Of a DNA stretch of 24,296 bases, positions 5,274 through 13,877 are shown in pieces. The notes below the pieces were generated by a model. That model searched no databases, had not been told where the DNA came from, and was given only the letters and a program-made list of their open reading frames with translations. Every line of letters begins with the position of its first letter. Position 1 is the first letter of the stretch. The position numbers and the translations under genes were made by a program. Source of the DNA: Candidatus Saccharimonadota bacterium (GTDB lineage: Archaea; Nanobdellota; Nanobdellia; Pacearchaeales; GW2011-AR1); NCBI GenBank assembly GCA_049511795.1, contig JBEKXS010000003.1, positions 1 through 24,296 of the forward strand, read 5' to 3'.

Positions 5274-6140
5274 TTAGCCGTGTTTTTCCGACACTTCGCC
5301 GTCATTTTCTTCTGAGGTATCGGAGTATTCTTCAAGTATCTTGTAAATTTCAGCACGGCTCAAGCCACAAATCTCTGAAATCTCCTTTGCAGGTATTCTT
5401 TTCTTTTCTTTTAGGTAGACTATCAGCTTATTCCTTTGCTGAACCTTCTTATCCTGGTTCTGTTTGTTCTTTGATTGTTCAATCAGATGCTTTCCTTTCA
5501 TCTTCTCATACAAATCCCAGTCAGCAATCCATTTCTTTGTATATCTTCCCCTGAAGTTAGGTTTCTCTGCATTGTAATCAACAAACTTGTTCCCTTTGAC
5601 ATACAATTTCCTTTTTTCATCCCTTCCGAAAGCTGCAAAGTAACCTCTTTCAAAAGAATCAGAATAAACAACGAACAAATGCGAAGTCCTGAAGATAGCA
5701 ATGCCTTTAGACAAGTCAAAGAAATTAGGAAGGCAAAGAATAATGAATAATCCTTTCTGCCTTATTAGTTGCAGATGGTTTACAATCCTTAAAAATTCAG
5801 CAGAGCTTGAAACTCTTGAATTTAAGCTCTCAAAAGATTCATCAAGCATGAAAGCCATACCTGTTTTGGCATCAGGACTTGCTGTTCTTTCAATCAATCC
5901 ATTTTCTCCTGTTCCTGTAAAGCATATTCTGTCTTTTGCATTGAATGAAGGGTCAAGAAACTTGCATATCTGCTGTGTGAATGTAGATTTCCCTGTTCCT
6001 GGAATCCCTGCGACAATAGCCAAGTAATCCCATCCCCTTTTCAATACAGAATTTTTTACAGCTTCAAGATTTTCCTTTAATGTTTCATCAATATACATTT
6101 CATCATCAGAACCATCATCTCTTTTTGCAGGGACTATCAT
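5274..6140 (-). CDS. P-loop NTPase (AAA/DnaA-like ATPase) with a C-terminal HTH-like tail, 288 aa
   Basis: Walker A is VAGIPGTGKST; Walker B is MAFMLDES. The C-terminal ...IPAKEISEICGLSRAEIYKILEEY looks like an HTH. Size and position are reminiscent of the conserved fusellovirus DnaA-like ATPase (an inference). Confidence 0.75.
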   Translation of the reverse strand: MIVPAKRDDGSDDEMYIDETLKENLEAVKNSVLKRGWDYLAIVAGIPGTGKSTFTQQICKFLDPSFNAKDRICFTGTGENGLIERTASPDAKTGMAFMLDESFESLNSRVSSSAEFLRIVNHLQLIRQKGLFIILCLPNFFDLSKGIAIFRTSHLFVVYSDSFERGYFAAFGRDEKRKLYVKGNKFVDYNAEKPNFRGRYTKKWIADWDLYEKMKGKHLIEQSKNKQNQDKKVQQRNKLIVYLKEKKRIPAKEISEICGLSRAEIYKILEEYSDTSEENDGEVSEKHG

Positions 6141-6544
6141 TATTTGTTCAGGTTCTTCTTATCTTCCTTAGGGGGAATAAGATAACCATATTTTTTTAGA
6201 GTATCCATTAATAGTTCACTGTAAGAATCCAGATTTTTAATAAGTTCACTTCCATAATTCTTTGAGAACTCAACTTTCTTGGAAAGATTGAATCCAGAAT
6301 ATGTAGTAACCTGAAGTCCGAATGTATTGTTCAGCTCTTTTTCTTTTTCAACAAACTTTTCCCTCTCATCCTGCTTCAAATTAGCAACGATAATCATTCT
6401 TATCGCCTTAAGATTCCTAAAGCATGTTTCAAAATTATATCTTATGTAATTATTTGTAGCTGCATTGAGAATAATCGCTATTTGTTCAATAATTGCCTGG
6501 GATAAATTCCAAGCAACCTCTTGACTGTCAGAAGTGTATGCCAT
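6140..6544 (-). CDS. Hypothetical 134-aa protein, co-transcribed with the ATPase
   Basis: ORF track; 1-nt overlap with the ATPase start. Confidence 0.6.
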   Translation of the reverse strand: MAYTSDSQEVAWNLSQAIIEQIAIILNAATNNYIRYNFETCFRNLKAIRMIIVANLKQDEREKFVEKEKELNNTFGLQVTTYSGFNLSKKVEFSKNYGSELIKNLDSYSELLMDTLKKYGYLIPPKEDKKNLNK

Positions 6545-6646
6545 AATTATGAAACTATAAAAAACACAATCTTTATTAAGTTTGTGTTTATATTAAAATT
6601 ATGGAAAATCGCAAGATTCTTCCCTTCATGAAGGAGGGTAGTAAAG
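6545..6646. promoter_or_regulatory. Divergent control region between the ATPase operon and the capsid operon
   Basis: AT-rich. Has the TATA-like TTTATATTAAAA (about 6587-6598) and an 8-bp inverted repeat AAACACAA (6562-6569) with TTGTGTTT (6582-6589). The SD AAGGAGGG lies before ATG 6647. Confidence 0.45.
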
Positions 6647-6868
6647 ATGTTAGGAAATTTAATAACTGGGTTCTTGATTATTCTCGTTGGAGTAAATTTA
6701 GCCCCAACAGTTGCTAACCAGGTAGCTGCACAGACAAGCAATACAAACTTCACAAACGGCTCTTCTGCTGTTCTTAGTTTGGTTACATTGTTCTTTGTCC
6801 TTGCAGTCGCTGTAGCAGCAATGGATATAGCTGTCGTTGGACTCAGACAATCAGGACTTATAATTTAA
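6647..6868 (+). CDS. Major capsid protein candidate 1, fusellovirus VP1/VP3-like two-helix hydrophobic protein (73 aa)
   Basis: MLGNLITGFLIILVGVNLAPTVANQV...NFTNGSSAVLSLVTLFFVLAVAVAAMDIAVVGL. This matches the SSV1 VP1 pattern recalled from memory (..LIGIVLLPVIVSQV .. ATLLNLVPLFYILVLIIVPAVV). Confidence 0.7.
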   Translation: MLGNLITGFLIILVGVNLAPTVANQVAAQTSNTNFTNGSSAVLSLVTLFFVLAVAVAAMDIAVVGLRQSGLII

Positions 6869-6888
6869 GTTTCCACATTTGAAATAAA

Positions 6889-7152
6889 ATGTTAGGAAAT
6901 TTAATTACAGGATTCTTGATTATCTTGGTTGGAGTGAATATAGCTCCAACAGTCGCATCACAAGTCCAGGTAGCAGTTTATCCATGGTCAAACGGAACAG
7001 GGCCAGGAGCAAACTTGACCCCAAGCGATAACTTCACAAACGGTTCAGGAGCAGTGCTTACACTTGTAACACTATTCTTCGTTTTGGCAGTTGCTGTTGC
7101 TGCGATGGATATTGCAGTAGTAGGCCTTAGACAATCAGGACTCGTCATATAA
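6889..7152 (+). CDS. Major capsid protein candidate 2 (paralog, 87 aa) with a longer inter-helix loop
   Basis: N- and C-terminal helices are nearly identical to 6647..6868. The loop carries a 14-aa insertion. Confidence 0.7.
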   Translation: MLGNLITGFLIILVGVNIAPTVASQVQVAVYPWSNGTGPGANLTPSDNFTNGSGAVLTLVTLFFVLAVAVAAMDIAVVGLRQSGLVI

Positions 7153-7167
7153 AGAGGAAAAGAGAGA

Positions 7168-8433
7168 ATGAATCATAAAATTCACAATGGGAACGATTTG
7201 TTTAAAATGATTTTTTGTTCCCTTCTCTTTCTTAGTCTCATTAGTTTTGCTTCTGCTTCTTTCGGCTACGGAAATATAAATACTTCCACAAAATATGGAT
7301 ATGGAAATATTTTCACAACATCTCCCCAAGTAAATAATTATAACAATACATATACAAATGTAACAAATGGAACAGATAGCTTTGCAGGAAATTTCTCCAA
7401 CTTCTCCTCTGTTTATGCCATCGGAACTAATGGAACATTTTATCTCGCTTCAAATCCTTCTTCATTCATAACTGCTTCTTCTCTTTCTCCTTATCTTCTT
7501 ATAACAAATTGGAACTCCACAAATTCATCTTATAACACTTTTTTAACAAATAATACTTTCTTGCAGATTTCAAATTGGAATTCAACAAATTCAAGTTATA
7601 ATACAGCTTTTTTTTTAGCAACCAATAATACTTTTATGAAATTCTCGGATTGGAATAGCACTAATTCAAGCTATCTTACATCAGAAACTTACTGGAATGG
7701 AAATTGGTCTGCATTCAAAACAATAAATCAATCTGTAACCAATAATACATTCTTACAAATAAGCAATTTCAATGTTACAAATTCCTCTTACCTAACTTCC
7801 TATACAGAAACAGACCCAAAATGGACTGCTAACTATTCAGGATTCCTTACAACTCAAAATTATGCTCTTAATTGGAATAACAACTGGACATGGTTTAAAA
7901 CAATTAACACAACTATCTCCAATGGAACATTCGCACAATTAGTTTCAACATCAAATCCTACTACGGCTAATTTCACAGGCAATCTTTCTGTATTCCAGAA
8001 CTTCACAGTTGATTCAGGAACATTCTTCGTAGATGCACTTCATAATTATATTGGTGTCAATCTTTCAACTCCTCAAAATGCACTGAATGTTTTTGGAGAT
8101 GCAAACATAACAGGAACAATATACACAAATTTCAATCAGAATTTAACAATACCTTATTTGTTGGCAACAAACAATACTTTCACTCAGCTTACAATCCTTA
8201 ACAACGGAACATATACAACATGGGCAAATATTTTCAATGGAACAATAGCAACCAATGGAACACAAAATAACTTTTCAGTTGCAGGGATAAACACAAACTC
8301 AATAAGGATAAATGGAACAAATGGAAACCAGAGTGCAAAATACAATCTTCATGTCAATGGAAGTGCAGGAAAGATATGCTGGATAAATTATACAGGAGGA
8401 TTGTTCAACTGGTCTGACTGCCCACAAGGTTAA
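7168..8433 (+). CDS. Secreted virion-surface protein candidate, 421 aa, hyper-rich in N-glycosylation sequons with internal repeats
   Basis: Signal-like N-terminus MIFCSLLFLSLISFASA. I count about 40 N-x-S/T sequons by hand. NNTF(L/M)(Q/K)(I/F)S(N/D)(W/F)N(S/V)TNSSY repeats 3 times, preceded by one shorter NWNSTNSSY copy. Confidence 0.7.
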   Translation: MNHKIHNGNDLFKMIFCSLLFLSLISFASASFGYGNINTSTKYGYGNIFTTSPQVNNYNNTYTNVTNGTDSFAGNFSNFSSVYAIGTNGTFYLASNPSSFITASSLSPYLLITNWNSTNSSYNTFLTNNTFLQISNWNSTNSSYNTAFFLATNNTFMKFSDWNSTNSSYLTSETYWNGNWSAFKTINQSVTNNTFLQISNFNVTNSSYLTSYTETDPKWTANYSGFLTTQNYALNWNNNWTWFKTINTTISNGTFAQLVSTSNPTTANFTGNLSVFQNFTVDSGTFFVDALHNYIGVNLSTPQNALNVFGDANITGTIYTNFNQNLTIPYLLATNNTFTQLTILNNGTYTTWANIFNGTIATNGTQNNFSVAGINTNSIRINGTNGNQSAKYNLHVNGSAGKICWINYTGGLFNWSDCPQG

Positions 8434-8475
8434 AATGAAAAAACTATATTCAAATAGCAAGAAAGGAGAGAAAAG

Positions 8476-9084
8476 ATGAAAAAGATATATTTGTTTTTGA
8501 TGGCTTTTCTTCTGATAGGAGTAGTCAGTGCTTCAACAAATGACCTCGGCTTCTTTGCCCCTGGCTCATGTGTTCCCTTGATTCAGACCTGCTCCAACAA
8601 CTGCACATTCAACAACATCAGCTCAATCTATGTTTCAAATGGAGGAGGAACTCCTACAGTAACTTCCTATTCTTCCCCTCTTGTAATGACAACGACAAAT
8701 AATTTCTCCTACAATTACACTTACTGCAATACAACCTCGCTGGGAAATTATTATGTCAATGGATATGGAAATGACGGAGGAACACAAGGAAATTGGACAT
8801 ACCAGTTTGAAATAGGATTTCCAATGTGGCTTGTTATTGTCTTCATGATTTTCTCCTATGGTCTTGCCATAATGGGCTTCTTTATGTATAAGAACGAATG
8901 GATTTCTCTTGCAGGGGGAATGATGATGCTTCTCCTTGGAATTTACATAACTTCATACGGAATTTCAATCTACAACAATACCCTGACTTTGGCGATTGGG
9001 TATTTCACTATTGCACTTGGAGGAGTTGCAGCATTAGTTCCAATAGGAGAAAGATTGGAAGTAGATTTCAATCGGTTCGGATAA
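8476..9084 (+). CDS. Signal peptide protein with a Cys/sequon-rich ectodomain and C-terminal multi-TM anchor (202 aa)
   Basis: MKKIYLFLMAFLLIGVVSAS; several N-x-S/T sequons; three hydrophobic helices at the C-terminus. Confidence 0.65.
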   Translation: MKKIYLFLMAFLLIGVVSASTNDLGFFAPGSCVPLIQTCSNNCTFNNISSIYVSNGGGTPTVTSYSSPLVMTTTNNFSYNYTYCNTTSLGNYYVNGYGNDGGTQGNWTYQFEIGFPMWLVIVFMIFSYGLAIMGFFMYKNEWISLAGGMMMLLLGIYITSYGISIYNNTLTLAIGYFTIALGGVAALVPIGERLEVDFNRFG

Positions 9085-9096
9085 AAAGGAGGAAAA

Positions 9097-9252
9097 ATGG
9101 CAGAAGACAAAAAAGAAGTTGAGATAATCCAAGTTCCTACACAGACAGCTTCGGCATTCAAGCTCCCAGACGGAAGAGTGCTTAACTTTGACGAATATCT
9201 CACTTGGATTGGAAACATTCTCATAAAACTTGAAAAAGTTTGGAGCAAATAA
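9097..9252 (+). CDS. Hypothetical 51-aa protein
   Basis: Manually found. Strong SD AAAGGAGG lies 6 nt upstream, and a TAATG overlap joins it to the next gene. Confidence 0.5.
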   Translation: MAEDKKEVEIIQVPTQTASAFKLPDGRVLNFDEYLTWIGNILIKLEKVWSK

Positions 9253-9569
9253 TGATTAAAGGATACATAAGCCAGGCAGACCAGATGGTAGAAGTAACAA
9301 TAGCAGGAGATGGACTGAAATTCATGGACATCACGAATGACGATTTGATAATGCCTAATTTTGTCTATCTCAAGGTCATCCAAGAGTTCCCTGACTTGAA
9401 GGATGACAAAGACTGGGCAGCAAAGGCATTTGAAAGATTCAAACAGCATTTCCTCAAGATAGAAGGCGAAATGAACAGATTAAAATACATAGTGGCAGAA
9501 ATGATTAAACAAGGTTACAAGCCAGAATATTACGAAGAAAACGGATTCAGGCGAAGGAGGTTTGAATGA
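9252..9569 (+). CDS. Hypothetical 105-aa protein
   Basis: ORF track frame. I prefer ATG 9252 over TTG 9240. Confidence 0.6.
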   Translation: MIKGYISQADQMVEVTIAGDGLKFMDITNDDLIMPNFVYLKVIQEFPDLKDDKDWAAKAFERFKQHFLKIEGEMNRLKYIVAEMIKQGYKPEYYEENGFRRRRFE

Positions 9570-9737
9570 ATGAGCTTCAACACGGACTTGAACTCAGTAT
9601 TGAGTTTTGTTCTTCCGATAGTTGCTCTTTTTCTTTTCATGGTTGCAGCATACGGAGTTGTAAAGCAGATTTCTTTTGGAGAAGCATACAAGGAGATAAT
9701 GGAAAAAATAAGGGAGGGATTATCTAATGGCAGATGA
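9570..9737 (+). CDS. 55-aa single-pass membrane protein
   Basis: Manual translation gives MSFNTDLNSVLSFVLPIVALFLFMVAAYGVVKQ.... SD GAAGGAGG lies upstream. Confidence 0.5.
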   Translation: MSFNTDLNSVLSFVLPIVALFLFMVAAYGVVKQISFGEAYKEIMEKIREGLSNGR

Positions 9738-10167
9738 AGATTTTGATTTAAGCAAATTATCTCCAACGGAGCAGGAAATAGTCAAGGCAGAAGTAGTAAG
9801 AGTCTTCGGTTCTGAAAAGATTGGAAATATCCATGAGTTTCTTACAAAAGTAATTCAGGAAGGCGACACGACAAAGTTGGGTTATCTTACAAAGGAAGAA
9901 GTCGGCTATCCTCATTTAACTCTCCGTTCTTATAAAAAATTAGCACACATGTCAAAAGAATTTGAACTGCCTGAATTTACAGATTACTTTGACAATCTTG
10001 CACACAATGTCGTTGCATCTCCAAGTCTGTCTAAGGAAGGATTCTTACTTCTATTGTCAATCACAGAGAAGAAAAAATCAGAGCTTAAGATTCCAGGGCA
10101 GAAGAAAGAGAACAAGGGATGGTTTGGAAGCAAGAATACTCCAGAAACAGCAGGAGATAATTTATGA
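9727..10167 (+). CDS. Hypothetical 146-aa protein
   Basis: ORF track; SD AAGGGAGGG upstream. Confidence 0.6.
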   Translation: MADEDFDLSKLSPTEQEIVKAEVVRVFGSEKIGNIHEFLTKVIQEGDTTKLGYLTKEEVGYPHLTLRSYKKLAHMSKEFELPEFTDYFDNLAHNVVASPSLSKEGFLLLLSITEKKKSELKIPGQKKENKGWFGSKNTPETAGDNL

Positions 10168-10189
10168 TAGTTGAAAGGAGGAGATATTG

Positions 10190-10714
10190 ATGGCAGAAGA
10201 AAATAAAGAAATCAAGCCAGAAGAAAAAACTCCCCTTCAGAAGATAGATGAAATACATAATCTTTTTGTTCCTGCAGACGATAAAAAGCTGAAGAAGAAG
10301 GAGCTTAAAATTCCAAAGATTTCAAAAGGAAAGGCGAAGAAGGGATGGGTAATAGTAGAAAAGATTGATACAAACAGAAATATCAGCTTTGAGAAACAGC
10401 AAGTAGCACAGGATATATTCAAGATGAAGGATGGAATTTTACATGCCACAGACGGAAGGGAAATATTCTTCTACAAGAATCTTCCCTTGATTCATCAACC
10501 AGCATGGAGAATAAATCCATTTGACCCTGTAACAGAAAAAGGAGAATTGACAAGCAGGAACAATGTCTATGGATTAAAACCAATATTAGCAGAGATAGAA
10601 TCAGGAAAATATGTTGAGCAGAAGAAAAGAGGAGGATTAGGAGGTATCTGGATGATTATTTTAATCATCGGTGGTGGATACTTGTTAGGTCATTCCCTAT
10701 TGCATATATTTTGA
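10190..10714 (+). CDS. Hypothetical protein with a C-terminal TM anchor (174 aa)
   Basis: I prefer ATG 10190, preceded by AGGAGG. C-terminal GGIWMIILIIGGGYLLGHSLL. Confidence 0.6.
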   Translation: MAEENKEIKPEEKTPLQKIDEIHNLFVPADDKKLKKKELKIPKISKGKAKKGWVIVEKIDTNRNISFEKQQVAQDIFKMKDGILHATDGREIFFYKNLPLIHQPAWRINPFDPVTEKGELTSRNNVYGLKPILAEIESGKYVEQKKRGGLGGIWMIILIIGGGYLLGHSLLHIF

Positions 10715-10995
10715 GCTACGGAAAGGCAAAATGGAATCCTTATGGGGATTTGGAAGGATACAACATAGAAATAAGCATTCGTGATAGTGCAAACAACAAA
10801 ATTGACCATTACAGAATATACAATGAGAATCAGTATCAAGCAGTCCTGAAGGAAATAAAGAACAAATATGGATTAAAGTATCCTATTGAAATAAAGGAAG
10901 TGGAAAAGAAGCAGACTCCTTTAACTATGACTGCAACACAGATTAAGATAGAAGCAGGAATAGAAGAAACGGAAAAGAAAACACAATCTATTTAA
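10711..10995 (+). CDS. Hypothetical 94-aa protein (TTG start)
   Basis: ORF track; TTGA overlap with the previous stop; no in-frame ATG nearby. Confidence 0.5.
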   Translation: MSYGKAKWNPYGDLEGYNIEISIRDSANNKIDHYRIYNENQYQAVLKEIKNKYGLKYPIEIKEVEKKQTPLTMTATQIKIEAGIEETEKKTQSI

Positions 10996-11017
10996 AGTTT
11001 AAAATACATGTAAATTG

Positions 11018-11170
11018 ATGAAATGGTTTACTATAAAACCAATAGTCAATAAAGCAAACAACCAGATTAATATTTCCCTTCCTAAAAAGGAACTGCCCTC
11101 AGAACTATTAAAGGATATTCATACAAATAAAAAGATTGAAATAACATTCAAAGGGAGGAAACTAAAATGA
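11018..11170 (+). CDS. 50-aa AbrB/SpoVT-like DNA-binding protein candidate
   Basis: Manual translation gives MKWFTIKPIVNKANNQINISLPKKELPSELLKDIHTNKKIEITFKGRKLK. The pattern resembles a swapped-hairpin domain. AT-rich TTTAAAGTTTAAAATA lies upstream. Confidence 0.35.
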   Translation: MKWFTIKPIVNKANNQINISLPKKELPSELLKDIHTNKKIEITFKGRKLK

Positions 11171-11343
11171 GATTTAAACTTATAGATAATAACGAACCAG
11201 CAGATAGGAGAGATTTTTTATTTATATCTGCCATTTGTTTTGTCCTTGCACTTACTGTTCTTGTTGCACCTTTAATTGCTCAACATCTTTCAACTCAGCA
11301 TATTGTTTATCAATCATTGATTCAAAACCAATGCCTTAAATGA
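11167..11343 (+). CDS. 58-aa single-pass membrane protein
   Basis: ATGA overlap with the previous ORF; hydrophobic core FLFISAICFVLALTVLVAPLI. Confidence 0.45.
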   Translation: MRFKLIDNNEPADRRDFLFISAICFVLALTVLVAPLIAQHLSTQHIVYQSLIQNQCLK

Positions 11344-11391
11344 TAAATAATAAAACCATGATAATCAATTCAAGCCAGAAGATGAGTTTCT

Positions 11392-13620
11392 GTGGTTGAT
11401 ACAAATACAGTAGTTAATGCAGCATTTCTATCAGGAGCAGCAGCATCAAATGCAGGAATTACAAGTAGTTCTTCCTCATCTTCAACAGCAGCTACTAATT
11501 CAGGATTTAATGCAGCAGGTCAGGCAGTAGTTCAGAATGCTTTTGGAGGTTGGTCTCCAGTTATCAATGGAGTTGTTCAAAATCAATCAGTATTAGGTCC
11601 AGTATCTCCAGCTTCAATAAATGTTTCAGGTGGAGGAGGTTATTTCGGCGGAGGTGGTGGGGGCGGAGTTTTTCAATCAACTCCTTTCACTTCTTCTATT
11701 CTTGGAGGTTCAGGAGCTTTAAGTGGAAGTCAGGCAGCACAACAAGCAGCACAAAATGCAGGACTTTCAGCTTCTCAATTATCTTCTTACCTTACTTCCC
11801 AACAGGCAGCAGCACAATCAGCAGCAAGATTAGCAGCTCAAAGTAACATAGCTGTTGGAGATATATATGTTCCTGGATTAAATATGTATTCTTCAGGAGG
11901 AACAAAAGACCAGACAGCAATATTAAGATTTCCAACACCATCAGAACAGAAGAAAATAGATTTAGCAAATGCACAAGGTTCTTTTTCCAACCTTCCTCCA
12001 GTTAAATTCTTAAAAGGAGAATATGGATTTCAGCAAAAGACATTGAAAGGAACACCAATAAATCAATCAGCAACAAGCAGTTATGGTCAGCCAACAATCC
12101 CTTCAAATTATACTGGCTTTAATGTCTATAAGACAACAGATGACTTATTCCAAAAAGGAAATGAGATATTTACAAAGAATATAAATCCACTTCTTATCAA
12201 GGCAGGAGTTAATAAAGAGCTTGTCAATACAAATGTTTCTGTTCCATCAAATCTTCCTGGACAGCTTCTTGTTACTTCCTTTTTCAGCCCTTTGCTAAAT
12301 ACAGGGAGTTATTCACAAGAAGCAGCACAAGAAGTAGCAAATGGAGAACTTAGATATGATTATGTAAAGGGAATATGGGTAAGAGTAAATAAGATAACTG
12401 GAGAAGTAACTCCTGCAGTAACAAGAGATAGTGCCTTAGCTGAATTTAAGGCATCTCCAGAAGAAAGACAAATATCTATATTAAAAAAAGCATTTACCCA
12501 CGAAGGACTTAATCCAGATGCTACCCCAATACAAAAAGTCTATCTTGACCAGCCAAGTTTATTAAAGGATGTAGAAAAAGCAAAATCATTTATGAAAGAA
12601 GCTGGATTGACTGAAGAACAAGCAAACAATCTTATATACAAGTTATTTCCAAAATTAAAACCTAAACTTCCTGCAACTGCAATTTCTTCAGACACAATTT
12701 TAAATGAGCAAACACAAACACCAGTTGCTCCAGTTTCTTCTGGCTATGAAATTAATGCCGAGATACCAAATACAAGAGGAATAAGCAAAATAACTGCTGC
12801 TTCTCAAGTTCCTGCAGAACCTCCTCCACAGAATATCTTAGTCGGAGGAAATCAGCTTTCAACTTCTTATGTAGGAACAAATCAATATGAAAGAACAGCA
12901 GGAGGATTATTACCAAAATCTGCAACCAATCTTAAAATCCAAATGAACGAACAAAGTTCAAGTCTTCTTAATCCTGCTTCTTTGTCAATTAGTGAAGGGT
13001 TGTCTTCTTTGTCAAATCAGGCAAGTTCCTTAAGTAATCCGTCTGCAAGTCTTTCTTCTTCTGCTTCAGTTTCAAGTTCAGCTTCGGCTTCAAAAAGTGC
13101 ATCAGAAACATCACAAATTAGTAATTTATTAAATCCAGAATCTTCTCTTTCTATAAATCAACAGGCATCTACTTCTCAAACACAAGAAGAACAGCAGAAT
13201 CAAAATCAAAGAACAAAGTCAAAGGGATTAAGTCTTCTTCTTCCAAGCAATCTTTTAAACAAAGTAAAAAATATTGTCAAAAAACAAGCTCATATCTACG
13301 AAGCTCTGACAATAAGAAAAAAGAAGTTAGTTCCTTTGGGAGATTTCCTTTCTGCTGATGAGGCATTCAAAAAAGGAGAGGAAGTCAGCAGAAGAACTCT
13401 TGCTCGTTCTTCTTTGGTTATAGCAAAAGATACAGGGCAATTCATCAAACCTTCTAATCTTCCAAATGACTTCAGGTTCTCTAAAAGAAATCCCTATCAG
13501 TTAGTTCAAAGGAAAGCATTGAACAGAGGAACAGGAGAAGTTCCAGAAATTCAGGCAGCAAAAAGAAGCTCTGGAAGAAGATTCACTCCAACTAAATCAT
13601 TCAAGAAAGGAAGAATATGA
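11392..13620 (+). CDS. Large (742 aa) Ser/Ala/Gln/Gly-rich low-complexity protein with a basic C-terminus; virion or tail-structure candidate
   Basis: ORF track; GTG start. Contains a G-run (GGGGYFGGGGGGG), poly-Ser tracts and a K/R-rich last ~150 aa. Confidence 0.7.
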   Translation: MVDTNTVVNAAFLSGAAASNAGITSSSSSSSTAATNSGFNAAGQAVVQNAFGGWSPVINGVVQNQSVLGPVSPASINVSGGGGYFGGGGGGGVFQSTPFTSSILGGSGALSGSQAAQQAAQNAGLSASQLSSYLTSQQAAAQSAARLAAQSNIAVGDIYVPGLNMYSSGGTKDQTAILRFPTPSEQKKIDLANAQGSFSNLPPVKFLKGEYGFQQKTLKGTPINQSATSSYGQPTIPSNYTGFNVYKTTDDLFQKGNEIFTKNINPLLIKAGVNKELVNTNVSVPSNLPGQLLVTSFFSPLLNTGSYSQEAAQEVANGELRYDYVKGIWVRVNKITGEVTPAVTRDSALAEFKASPEERQISILKKAFTHEGLNPDATPIQKVYLDQPSLLKDVEKAKSFMKEAGLTEEQANNLIYKLFPKLKPKLPATAISSDTILNEQTQTPVAPVSSGYEINAEIPNTRGISKITAASQVPAEPPPQNILVGGNQLSTSYVGTNQYERTAGGLLPKSATNLKIQMNEQSSSLLNPASLSISEGLSSLSNQASSLSNPSASLSSSASVSSSASASKSASETSQISNLLNPESSLSINQQASTSQTQEEQQNQNQRTKSKGLSLLLPSNLLNKVKNIVKKQAHIYEALTIRKKKLVPLGDFLSADEAFKKGEEVSRRTLARSSLVIAKDTGQFIKPSNLPNDFRFSKRNPYQLVQRKALNRGTGEVPEIQAAKRSSGRRFTPTKSFKKGRI

Positions 13621-13877
13621 ACAACAAAGGAGCAAGTATTTTTGTAGTCTTCATGTTTGCAATGTTACTCTTTGCATTTGGATTAGCAATAGCATCTGGA
13701 TTAAATTCTGCTGTCCAATCTGTCAGAACAACTTGGGGTTGCACGACAAACTTTACTACAATGGATTATGGAAATCAAGTTGGTTGCACAGTATCTGATT
13801 TATACTCTCCTTTATTTGTAGCAATCATTTTTGGTATTGCAGGTAGCTTAATAGCAATAAAAATAGGAGGAGCATGA
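13617..13877 (+). CDS. Two-TM membrane protein with a Cys pair in the loop (86 aa), paralog A
   Basis: MNNK start; TM, then loop (WGC...GC), then TM; ATGA overlaps. Confidence 0.65.
   Translation: MNNKGASIFVVFMFAMLLFAFGLAIASGLNSAVQSVRTTWGCTTNFTTMDYGNQVGCTVSDLYSPLFVAIIFGIAGSLIAIKIGGA

Noticed and set aside
5475-6027. Plus-strand ORFs (91 and 108 aa) inside the ATPase gene
   Set aside because: They are antisense to an ORF with clear Walker A and B motifs, and they carry no motifs or RBS of their own.
8970-9449. 159-aa minus-strand ORF
   Set aside because: It overlaps four SD-preceded, coupled + strand genes. It has no RBS, and its composition looks like antisense of coding sequence.
11550-11846. 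98-aa + strand ORF in an alternative frame of the 742-aa gene
   Set aside because: It is an alternative-frame artefact of a low-complexity region (Ser/Arg/Trp-rich).
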